From Moniliella sp. 'wahieum' (lineage: Eukaryota): 64,000 nt of DNA. The notes below the pieces were generated by a model. It was not told where the DNA came from. It did not search any database and saw only the letters and a program-made list of their open reading frames with translations. The position numbers and the translations under genes are program-made. The stretch covers positions 310,001 to 374,000 of the forward strand of contig RSEE01000062.1 of assembly GCA_003971905.1 (NCBI GenBank), in the 5' to 3' direction. This document shows positions 27,608 to 39,100 of the stretch, one piece after another; positions within the stretch are counted from its first letter, which is position 1, and the number at the start of each line of letters is the position of its first letter.

Positions 27608-27775
27608 ACTCTATCGTTCGCCCCAAACACTTCTCCCCTTCTAGCTCTCTCGCCCCCACCTCTTCTCTCTCTCATCCCACCCCACCTGCCGCTGGTCGGT
27701 CTCCTTGGTCCCCTTCACTCTCCCCTGTTCCCCTCACTTCTCTCTTCCCACCCACACCTTCACGTCCCTTTCACT

Positions 27776-29531
27776 ATGCGCACGATTCTCACTGCATCTA
27801 CCGCCGCCCTGGCTGGCGCCGTGAATGTCCTCGCCGGAAAAAGCGGCACTGGATTCACTGCTACGTCTGTCTCGCTCTCCTCTGCCGTGGGCGGAGGCCC
27901 CGCCGGAGCCATTGGGAACGGTGTGAATGCCCAAGGCTGGTCTTGGGGCATCAACAGTTCCGGTGGGGGCGGGGGCAATTCGTCCAAGCGCGGCGATCAA
28001 CCTGCGGAAAGCTGGCTGGCCAGCCACATCAACCTGTACAACAACAAATCTCTCCAACCCGGACAATGTGATCCTAACCAACGACCCGGCTGGCTCGGGT
28101 CAAGTGCTGTCGGTCAAGTATGGGGCAAATCGTACGGCTTGCATACCACCCCCTCCGGCGGCACTTCGTTTTATTCTCAGCCCTTTTGGGTTCGGGAAAC
28201 TCTCGCTCGGTCTCCAACCCGTTCGTCTCTGCCACCCATTCCTCTTCGGATGGCAACTCCGCTTCGCGCCAGGAACTGGTACTAGCCTATTCAGTCTTCT
28301 TCCCAAACGATTTCGACTTCGTAAAGGGTGGAAAGCTCCCGGGTCTTTACTCTTCGGTCGCTAGCGGAAGCGGAGGCACCCTCAGTGCTGATACGTCTGG
28401 TTGTGAGGGGGGATCAGAAGGTGGTGTCGGAACTTCCTGCTGGTCTACTCGTATCATGTGGCGCACCAATGGCGAAGCTGAGATTTACGCCTACATTCCC
28501 ACCTCCCTCCAAGGTACCAACTACAAGCTCTGCCCAGCGGACTCAACCACATCGCAGGGATCCAAGCTAATCTGCGACTCCGATTATGGCACCTCCATTG
28601 GTCGTGGGGCCTTTACCTTCCAAAAGGGCAAGTGGAACGATTTGGCTTTGCATGTCAAGCTCAACTCCGATGGAAAGGCCGACGGCATGGTCCAACTGTT
28701 TTGGAATGGCGCCTCCACCCCAAACATCCATTTGAACAACATTGCCTTCCGTGGCTCCAGTGGTGGCTCCAGTGGTTCGAGCTCAGGATCCAGCTCGGGA
28801 AGTGGATCGTCTAACTCGCGCCGTTCCCTTCGGAGGTCCAACGGTCTGGGCCGTCGCGGCTCTTCGTCTGGCAACTGGGTTGACAAGATTATGTTCACCA
28901 CCTTCTTTGGTGGGTCGGGTTCGGAATGGGCCACCCCCAATGCGGTGCAGACCTACTACAAAAACGTCGCCTTGTTTGCTGGCTCGGGATCGAGTTCCAC
29001 TAGCTCAATGGCACTTCATCTGGATCGGCCTCTTCCATGCGCCTTCCTCTGCGTCCTCTCATGCTTCCCATGCTTCCTCGGCGGCCACCACAGCCAGTAC
29101 GGCGTTGCCAGTGCATCGGCTTCATCCGCCGCCCCCAAGCCTTCATCCCAGGATGGACAGGGTCCCTCTTCTGGTTCGGGTTTGGGCCCCAATTCAGGAT
29201 CGGGATGCTCGGACGACTCTTCTGGCTCGGACACGGGATCATCGGAAAGTGCTGGTTCTGACACCGGTTCTGACTCGGGATCTTGCTCAGCAGACTCTGG
29301 CTCAGAGTCCAGCTCGGGTTCAGGATCGGGCTCAGAATCGGACTCAGGATCGGAGTCGGGTTCGGGTTCGGGTTCGGGTTCGGGTCACAGCGCCGGCGCT
29401 CTACTCGTGCCGAACGTGATGCAGCGGTCCAAGCCCGCACCCAAGGCCACCTCGATTTCCCATTCGGAAAGCGTATGCACCACCACCGGTCTCGGAAGTC
29501 CATGCATGCTCGCAATGGGATGTGGATCTAA
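27776..29531 (+). CDS. Secreted polysaccharide lyase family 14 (alginate/glucuronan lyase-like) with Ser/Gly-rich tail
   Basis: Signal peptide MRTILTASTAALAGAVNVLA. PL14 motifs YSVFFPNDFDFVKGGKLPGLY, CWSTRIMWRTNGEAEIYAY, YGTSIGRGAFTF, GKADG and MFTTFFGG...WATP. The C-terminus is uncertain (29531 or 29607). Confidence 0.88.
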
Positions 29532-30211
29532 AAGCGGGCTCAATCCCCCCTCCCCCCTGTGCACCCGTTGGTCAAGGTCGTCTGTTGTTGCGTGCCCCCT
29601 TTTTTGATGACAGACCCACTGGTTGGGCTCATCTTTCTCTCCCCTTCCCTATATATGTCTTCTCTGTCTTTCCGTGGATTCATCAATTCATCCTCTCCGA
29701 CGGGTTCGGAGTAGCTGCCACACATTACGGAAATCTGCGGTAGTCGATCTTCGATGGCGTGCATATATATCTTCATTAATCATTGATGCATCACACACTC
29801 GAGCTTAGCTGTGAACGTGTATAACCTTCTATGAATGAGACTGGCTGGGTAATCTCCATGTGCGCAACGTACCACCTCTTTGTGAGCTCTGTGACAACAT
29901 GTCTTCGAACGTGTCAGTCGGCAAGGGCTCTCCATGTTTTGGTCATGATCCTACTCTTATTTCTTCTCCTTTCTTTCGTGGTCGAGAGCAATAGCCTACA
30001 ACAGAGAAAATTGAGCGTCGGTGAATAAGACATAGCATAGCAAAAGGCTCCAGGACATGATGGTAGAAAAATTATATTAAGCGCGCGCTGATGCGCTGAT
30101 GAGCAGTGACAAAAGTGAGAAAAAACTGAATAACCGTATTGTTGTAACCCGTAACCGACATAACCCCATCAACCAAAAACCCGATGGTTTGGGGATTTAG
30201 GAGAGTGGAAA

Positions 30212-33200
30212 TCATGGGGAATCCAGACGGCCCGCATTGATACCCTGCAGCGATGCCAAGGTGCGGAACATGCCATCCCGACGGGCAAGAAGTTGCGCAG
30301 GTGGGCCAAACTCCATCACCTTCCCTTCGTCGAGGACGAGCACCACGTCGTAGTCGACAATGTCCTCGATGCGGTGAGCAATGGTAAACACCGTTTTGCC
30401 ACTGTTGGCATGCGCGTGAAGCAAACGCTGGATTTGCATGTCACTCTCGCGGTCCAAACTCGACGTCACCTCGTCGAGTACGACAATCGGCTTGTCCCCC
30501 AGAAGAGCGCGCGTGACAGCCAGGATCTGGGACTGGCCCCGGCTAAAGCCAGCCTCCTCCATAGGCGTCGCCAACTTATTTTCCAGCTTGGACACCTTCT
30601 CCTCCAGTCCCGTCTCCTTCAGAGCCCACATGGCCTCGTCTCCGCTCGCCTCTTTCGCGTCATTGTCATGGTCGGGATTGAGATCGGCACCACCCAGCAA
30701 CAAGTTGTCCCGCACCGTCAGGCCGTCCACCAAGAAGGGCTCCTGCACCACCACCGTCATCATGTGCCGCAGCCCCTCGAGGGACATGGAACGAACATCA
30801 ACGCCGTCAATGGAGATGCTGCCCGCCGAAATCTCCTGCATCCGCAAAAGACCAGCCAGCAGCGTGCTCTTGCCCGACCCACTGCGGCCACAGATGCCCA
30901 GACGCACCCCGGCGGGTACCGTGAAGGTAACGTCATGCAACACCTCACGGCCGTCATCATACGCAAGACCAACGTGCGAAAAAGCGATTTCGGCGCCCGC
31001 GCGGTGCACGGAGCTCTCAACCACATCAGCCTTGGACGAGGCGCCATTGCTGGCAGGGTCCTCCTCCACGGGTTTGACCCCGGCCTGACGCGCAGCAGCG
31101 GCAGCGACGGTGAACTCGGATGCGGTTTGGGCAAACTCTTGGAGCCGTTCAAAAACGATGGCAACAATCTCCACCTCCATCAGACTGGCCACTGCAAAGC
31201 GATTTCTCCGGAAAGTGAAACAGTCTGGGTAAGGGCCACACCAAGCATGTTGACGCTGTGAGAGTGCCGCCGCCCAATGACGACGAGGACGAGGGTGACA
31301 TTCATGAGCATCGCTGCGATTTGAAGCCAGGTTTGGAGCCACTGTTGGGCGGAGAACAGGGAGTAGGTCGCCTTTTGTAGGTTGGTAGCGTACTTGGTGT
31401 TCATCCCTCGCAATGGTTCCACCGCCCCAAAAGCTCGAATCACCGCCAATCCCGAGGTGCAGTCGCCAAAGAGGGTGTAAAGAGGGGAGCGAGAAGCCAT
31501 CTCCAAACGCCGCATTTGCCGCGAATTCGGAAGATACATCCAACGAATCAAGGTCGCAATCGCCACTGCTGCAACAAAGGTGATGGCCGTATAGGGTGCT
31601 GTGACAATCATGAGGATGCAGCTTCCCAACAGGCTGATGGCAAGAAGAAGGAATGCAAACAGGGCCATAATCCACTCCATGTCAACCATAAAGAGATCAC
31701 CCGAGTGTCGAGCAACCACTTGCCCTGAAGAGCGGGCGTTAAAGAAAGACATGGGCGCAGCCAGAACGGCGCGGAGGATGCGCTCATGGATGGTCCAGCC
31801 GGCCGGGATCGTCGTATGGACAAAAGTAAACTGGATGCACATCGCCGACAAGATGAAAAGGCTTGCCCATAGTGCCAAGTAACCACCCATCATAGGTCCA
31901 TAGGTGCCAGGTGCAAGCGCGTCCCGCCGATCCGTCCAGTGCTGGATGTAGATTTGGTAGGCAAGGTTCGACATGGAAGCGAAAATGAGAAGGATCACCA
32001 TAACAGCTACTCGCCAAGGCCCAGCTGCCGTGACCCAGAACCAATAAGACGAGAAGCCGACCCGGTTCTCAAATACTTCATCCATCTTGTTTTGGTCTTC
32101 GTCGTCATCCACCACCTCTTGGTCCATTTCAATGTCCTCGAGAATATCAAGACGGTCCATATGGACCTTACCTTGCGCTTCCCCTCCAAGACCAATTTGC
32201 ATGTCGTCCTCGAGCAGCTGCCTGCGGCGCCCCTCTGCCACAGTCTGGACAATTCCGGGAGCGGCGCTAGCGGTCAAGGCGGCAGGAGTATCTGTGTCCG
32301 CTGCGTCTTGCTGGGCCAGGTCGTGAGCGAGAGCAGCAGAAGCTGCTTCTTTGGGGGTGCGTAGCAGGGCCTTCCCCCCGGCAGAATGTGAACGACACGG
32401 TCAGCATCTTTGAGACGGAAGACAGCGTTGGAGGCGAGGAGTACACGACGGCCCTGGAGCAGCCCGCTCGGGCCAAACAAATGTGTCCAAATGTGCGCCT
32501 CAGTCTTTGCATCGACGGCACTGAGCGGATCGTCAAGGATAAACATGGATGCCTGCCGGGCATACACCGCGCGGGCCAGGTTGATGCGTTGCTTCTGCCC
32601 TCCACTCAGACTCTTGGCCAAACGCTGGTCTCCAAGTTCAAATTGGCCAGGTCGGGTTTGAGGGCACATGCCTCGACAACTTGGTCATACCACACTGGAT
32701 CGTACCCGAGTGGGTTGTAGAATACGATGTTAGCACGGATGGTCATGGTCTCTTGCGTCCAGTAGTCTTGTGGCGCATACCCCACCAGCTCGGTCCCTGA
32801 GATTGGTCGAGGTAGATGCTCGGTATGGCCACTCAAGATGCGCGTCTCGCCCAAGAAGGCGTTGAGGAGCGTCGACTTGCCCGCTGAGAGGCGACCGACG
32901 ACCATCGTCAACCCTGGGGCGAGGGCGAGGGAAACATCAGACAGGACCGTCTCCTCCTTCCAACCAATGCTTGCGTTCACCAAGCGCGGCTCGTTAGGGG
33001 AATCCGACACATGGAGCGAGGCCAGAGGTGATAGGGAGGCCTTCACATCTGTTGGTGGCAAGGTCAGACTCGGAGCCATATTAGGGGTTTTGGGTAGCTC
33101 CTCCAAGGGGATGGCTTCCGATCCCGATTGGTCCCACAAGCTCGAGTCATTCCTTTCAGTCCCCAACTTGCCATCCTTGTCCAGACTCGAGGATTGGAGA

Positions 33201-35069
33201 TCATTGCCGTCATCAACCTTTTCATCCGACAAGAGGTACTCCTCCAGCCGCTTGATGCTAGCCAAGGCCTCCACTAGGGACCCGATCTGTTGCCCGATCT
33301 CAGCAAGTGGTTGGACCATAATGTTGATAGCGTTCAGGGCGGTGAACACGCGGGGCGCAGTAAACGAGTAGTGCACCGAGTCGGGATATTTGTGCGACAC
33401 AGCCGCCAGTGCGACAAATGTAAACACGGGGATAGAACCGCCGAGAATGTGAGTGGAGCAAACGACCTGTAATGGCAAGGTGTCAGTATCATCGTCTTGC
33501 CAGCGTTACCTACAAAATGAGAAAGGGGAAAAGGCAACGTACGGCAGTAAGTTGTGTGCTAAACTTGCGGAAGTTGTTCAATTCTGTCCTGCGCAACGCA
33601 AGGATCTTGCGAACAAAGAACGGCTCTAAGGCTGACATCTTGATCGCCTTGATCGAACCAAAGACAGATGTTGTTAGACGAACACGACGATCTGTCGCAC
33701 CAGACCAGGCGGCCTGCGAAGGTCCCATGGGAATCGCACATGCCGGTCCCAAGACCAGGATCAAGAAGGCCATAAAGAGCACCACCACAAACACGGTGTG
33801 CGCATCCCATGTAATGTAGATCGCCACGGCGATAGTTGCAATCGCCGACCAAATTTCATGAACCGGGTCAATGAGCTTCATGATTCTCTGCACATCTTGG
33901 GACATGATGTTCATTGCCTTGGCCGAGCCGAGTTCGGTGGCGGTGCTGAGCTCAATCCGGACTGCTTTGTCGTACAAGGACTCCAGTAGGGCCCCACTGA
34001 TCACCACTTGGTTCTGCTTGGTAGCAAACAATACTGCGACGAGGCCAGGGCCTGGACGGTATACACCAGCGCATAGGCGCCAGCGAGGGACCACCCTTTG
34101 CTAGCCGGCTGAGGCGGATAGTCTGGAATGCCAGCATAACTTCCAATGTAGACAATGGTATCCTGGATCAAATACGGCTGGGATAGCGTCACAGCGGTCG
34201 AAACAATCTTGGGGATGATTGGCGTGACCAAGTTGAGGAAAAGGCACGGAACAGCCCACCGAAAAGCCCGGTTTTAGGAATGCGACCCTGAGCCATACTG
34301 CTGTAGGGGTAAGCCGCGCGGAAGCGCTCCCCCAAGCGGCGTGTTCCGTACCGCGCACCCAGCGATGGGAGCTGCTCGATCGTTAACGTGCGGCGCATCC
34401 CACCAAAAATGAGGGGCATGAGCCAGAAAAAGCCAAGACGGTTGACAAACGACGCATCCTGCTCAACGCTGGCCAAGTTGGTGCTGAGAAGGAAAAAGAG
34501 AAAGGTGCGGATACCCAGCATGGCGGCAAAGACACCGAAATAGGCCGTGCTGCGGATGGCCACCGGATGGGCTGGAAGTTGGCAATAGGTCCGCAAGCGT
34601 GCACCATCAAACAGGATTGTCGAAAGGAGGAATAAGGGCAAACAAAGGAGCCACCGCTTGTACGCTTGCGTTCCGCCAGCACGGCCATAAACACGCCGAT
34701 TGAACCGATAAACTCAAGGGCCTGAGCTGCGAGGAGTAGACTGCGCCCCCCAAGCGCCAGCTGCTGGACCGAGTCTAACCCTGCACAGGCGCAGGCAAGA
34801 GCGGCTGTGGCCAGGACCGCAAGCGCACAGCCACTAACGGCCTGGGAGTAGCCAAGAACATCACAGGGGGCGAAACGAGTGGGCAGGCTGGCTTTGTGGG
34901 AGATGCGGGGCAGGCGGAAGGCGAGAAGGAGGACAATGAGAACGGCGTGCGGGAGGATGGTGAGGACAATGTTCTCAAAGGCAGGCGTAAAGTCAAAGCT
35001 GCGGCAGGTGGATGCCGGTCCCCAGCGGCTGGCATCGACGCAGACGCCGTCGATGTACACGTTCCTCAT
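30212..35069 (-). CDS. ABCC/MRP-type ABC transporter (N-terminal TM extension, TMD1-NBD1-TMD2-NBD2)
   Basis: N-terminal WGP..CRSFDFTPAFENIVL. NBD1 has GRLSAGKST, LSGGQKQRINLARA and ILDDPLSAVD. TMD2 has SRQMRRLEMASRSPLY. NBD2 has GRSGSGKST, FSRGQ and VLDEVTSSLD. Multiple frameshifts and a probable short intron near 33510-33545. Confidence 0.95.
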
Positions 35070-35111
35070 AGCCTGGACGTAGGTTAGGGAGCAGGCAGAC
35101 GGGAGAGGAGG

Positions 35112-35222
35112 CGATGGGGGTGGGGATGGGGATGGGGATGGAGATGGAGATGGAGATGGAGATGGGGATGGAGATGGAGATGGCGATGGCGATGGCGATG
35201 GCGATGGCGACGGCGGATGGCG
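35112..35222. repeat. (GATGGN)n hexanucleotide microsatellite upstream of the ABC transporter ATG
   Basis: Run of GATGGG, GATGGA and GATGGC units, roughly 15 copies. Confidence 0.9.
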
Positions 35223-36048
35223 GAGGCAATATACAGGGAGAGGATGACGCGGCTGCTGTGTGGGTGATGGCTGGAAGGAGCGGGTGCTAGGAGGCTGAAA
35301 AGATAACCACGTTGGTATGGTGAGTGTGCCGGCCGGCTCGCAGTGCGCACAGCTGTGCCTCGCAGTTTGGTTGGCATTAATTGATTAATCGGGATTGGGT
35401 GGCCCCGGTGCGTGCTACTGAGTAGCAAATAGTGCTACTGAGTAGCAACTAGGAAGTCGCAACTAGGAACTCTCAGATCTCACAAACAACTATCGACGAT
35501 TTCGATCATTCGATTGTCGGTTATCGAATACCGATTTTGCCTTATGGCCGTCTGACGAAACAGCTGGCCAGCCCGCACGCCGGGTGCACAGGGGGGAAGA
35601 CCACGTTGTGGGGACGCCTCGTCGGCAACGCTCGCGCGCAGCGCCGAAAGCATGTCACATGTGATGCGGAAAGTCACACAGACCGCGCTGCGCTACACGA
35701 GCTGTACGAGGCTGTACTACGCTGGGCACTGCTGTACTGCTTCGGAACATGCTTCATTGAACAACGCGTCGGAAGAGGCTAGTGATTCCAATGACTAGTG
35801 ACTAGTGACTAGTGACAGTACTAGTGGCTAGTGACTTGCTGTGGTCGACCAAAAAAACCGCGGCCTCCGACAGCAGGCCCCAGCCTGAGGCCTGAGGATG
35901 CTACCGGCGGTCAGCCCGCCATCGCCCTACTCTTGGCTGTGAGTGCTCAGGCTCCTCAAGGCCGCAGGCCCGGTGACCGGTTACTTACCCCGGACCGATC
36001 TGTCGATCAAACGATGGTGGCATCCTGTTCGTGAAAATTGAAAAAAAA

Positions 36049-36133
36049 CGCCCCACGTGGGACTCGAACCCACAACCGTGAGATGGACCTCCTAAGTAAG
36101 AGTCTCAAATTCTACCGATTGAAATAGCGAGGC
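36049..36133 (-). tRNA. tRNA-Lys(CTT) with 12-nt intron (36085-36096)
   Basis: Acceptor GCCTCGC/GTGGGGC, anticodon stem TGAGA/TCTCA around CT-CTT-A, T arm GTGGG-TTCGAGT-CCCAC, then T8 Pol III terminator. The D arm is atypical. Confidence 0.88.
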
Positions 36134-39100
36134 TGAATGACATCGCCAACCTTTGTAAATGTTTCAGTACACTGGACCTGCTTAATAGTTCTTTCTATAG
36201 GTCTCTCTCTCCTATACCAACTAACACTGAATAATGATCCTGATGGTTCCCCAGCGGTGTCATAATAACGAAGTTCAGTAATGCAGTGGTAGTTAAGACA
36301 TCTTTTCATGATGTACAATCCTATATTGAGACCGGCCGAGAGGAACGTTTTGTTAGTCGACCACATTCTTTCCTAGTTGTTTGCTTTTTTCATCACATGC
36401 AGCCCTCGTTCTTTTTACTTCTTCCCTCCCAACGATTACTACGTTCTCTGATCTTGTCTCTACTCTGGTCTTCCTCGCCTTGGCTCCCCTCTGTGACGAT
36501 ATATAAACGTTTGACTGCAGAGGGAAGTCGGAGATATATACTTACTTTAGGGCATTATGGTGTGAAAGTGCCTGAAGGCGTACGGGGACTGACGACATTT
36601 CCATTCTTGAAAAGAAGGCCGGCACCCCTCTCGTTTGTTAGTTATATGCCAAAAAACGGCGATTAATACATCAGCGTCAGCAGGGTCACATGTCAGGCCT
36701 CACAGGCATCATGTACGTGCTTATTACTGGAGCGAGATTGGATTCGAGGAGAATTGGAGAGATACTGAGGGTGTGCCTTTGATACTGCATCCATCTGAGA
36801 AGCGGGTAGCATTGCCAGATGCCTGCATGGCCAGGGACTCGAGCTCTGGGAAGACATGCCCAAGGTTGATGACGCACCCTTCACAATGGCTTAAACTGTA
36901 CTCACATACTGATAAGACGAGGCTTTTCGTAGCCTCTGCTCCACTCCATGCAGTTGGGGGGGAGCGAAACGAGGTGTTGGCGTGGAGTTCCTATGTATGG
37001 GGTTAATTTGGAACCCAGTGGTTGTTGGGGACCTCTCTTCCGAGGTAAGAAGGGCAACCATCGTGACATCCTCAAGACCATGTTGCCTTTTTCCTAGGGG
37101 GGTCGGGGGTTATCAGTTACCGGTTACTCACTTTCTTCTAACCGTACATAGGCTTCACTCCCGGAGCGTGCTGCAGCGCCATAGAGGTTAACGACTCCCT
37201 TATCACCATTGTTGAACCTGTATGCGCACACGACAGGAGAGACGGTTAAGAAGCAACGCCTCCCCTCTAGCACTGTGGGGAGGAGCGTTGACAGGTGCTG
37301 TTCAACAGCGTCAAAGAAAGCGGTAGTTGGCCCCAAAACTCACGGGTAGACATTGCTGTGCTTTCAGCGACGTTTGACTTTCCCTGATGCCGGCACAGCA
37401 CCTCACGCTCACTGACAAATGCAGGTCCGGATTTTGCGCCGTTCCTCATGGAGCAAGTGCAAGTGTTGACTACTCAGTGTTTTAATCGCCTCATAGCCCG
37501 CTCCCGCATCCAACGCGAGTGTGGGGTATTCCACAATAATTAAGAGGTCGTGCCGGATCCATTCCTCAAGCTTGTACCTTCCATCCGGGACATCTGGCGG
37601 TATATGTTCTTTCGATGCACCAGCTGTGGATGAGGAAGAAGAGGGAAGGCCCCAGGTGTGAAATGCAACACATGCGTATCCTGGTCACCAGAAATGCAGC
37701 CTGAGAAGCGTTTGGAGGATCAGGAATAAAGGTAGAGCACACAGCCCTACGGACTCGGGTACAATAACAGGAGCAAAGGTCAAGGTTGCGCACCGCCGCG
37801 GAAGGTATATAGTGCACAAAACGACGGCAGCGCCGGTGGAAAAGGCGATGATAAGGACCTGCATCGACTGTTTTGTGGAGCAAGCGATGATCTACACTGT
37901 GGTGACAAGAATGTCATCCAAGTACCACAAGGCTACACTCCACCAGCAACAAGAGCCCTATTTTCCCCTTGGTGTTGGTCATATCACGATATACGAGTAG
38001 TAGTTGTGCACTAGAAAGGGAACTTACTGATGAAGATTCTTCTCTCATTGGAGAATCTTCATTGTTATTACATGTCTATTACCATGCTCCTTCGCATCCA
38101 CTCGCGTTGTTATACATCCTGTTTGAAACGAGTGGTGGAAGATCGTTGAGCCTCAACTGTTTCTGTAGCGACGTGTTCTGAGCACTGATATTGTTTTTGG
38201 CCTAGGGAGTTGGACGGGCAGAAGATGAGGAGAAGGTGATGGATTAGAGCCAGAGTTGGGTCTGGGTACAGAGGCATCTGTATAGGAGGCCGGACTAGGT
38301 ACAGGGCCAGCGAGTCTCACACAGGAGAGAGTGCGCAGGGCGCAGGGACCGTGACACGCTGGGACACCCGCAGAGTGTAAGCCGATGGAAACGAGGTGAA
38401 CCTGGTCTACCGAATGGGAGCCGGAGGATCACAGTCAACAGATACTTAGCAGTAGAGATGAGCAAGAACGAGAGGTAACGAACACAGCTAATCGAAAATG
38501 GCGGTAACAAGGTTCCGGAAGATATGTGAGGACTACGTAAAAAATTCAAGGGGGCAAGGCCACAAGATTGTGCACCAGAATTTCGATTAGCCATGAAGAG
38601 TGAGCGAAGAGGTGGGAGTGGAGTGATAAGGAAGAACAGGGAATGTGCGGTATTGTCTCAACTAGATGTGCAACTCAAGGTGGTGAGGCGCCATTTGGGA
38701 GCAGGACGCAGGCCAAATCCAGGCCACAAACCTCTAACTAATAGGGCATATCCTAGTGCCATACTCACAGCAGCCACGGTGCAACATCACCCATGGACCT
38801 CCTTTTGGTTGAACTGTTGGCCGAGCCCCGAGCTGCACACGCCGCGGATGAATGTGCCAGTGGCTCAGCGTTTCGTCCCTGTCTTTTCCTTTCGATAGCT
38901 GTGCTGGTCTTGCCTCAACCTCTGCCTTGCGGCTTTGCTGCGAATGAGAAAAAATGGGGTATTGGGCTTGGCAATCGCATGGTACCTCAGCTGCTCAGGT
39001 CTCAGACTCAGATCTCGGCCTGAGAGTAGCTCAGCGACCGAGTGACTGATGAGGAAACGTTCGGATGAACACGTTTTGAACGTACGTACGTTGAACGGTT

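Noticed and set aside
10867..35069. NRPS-like gene, YHM2, PL14 and ABC transporter as one biosynthetic cluster
   Set aside because: They are interspersed with housekeeping genes (GAR1, TMEM70-like, HOS3). No tailoring enzymes or pathway regulator are seen, and co-regulation cannot be shown from sequence.
39046..39060. CTGATGAGGAAAC as a hammerhead core
   Set aside because: There is no room for stem II and no convincing stems I or III. It lies within a palindrome patch.
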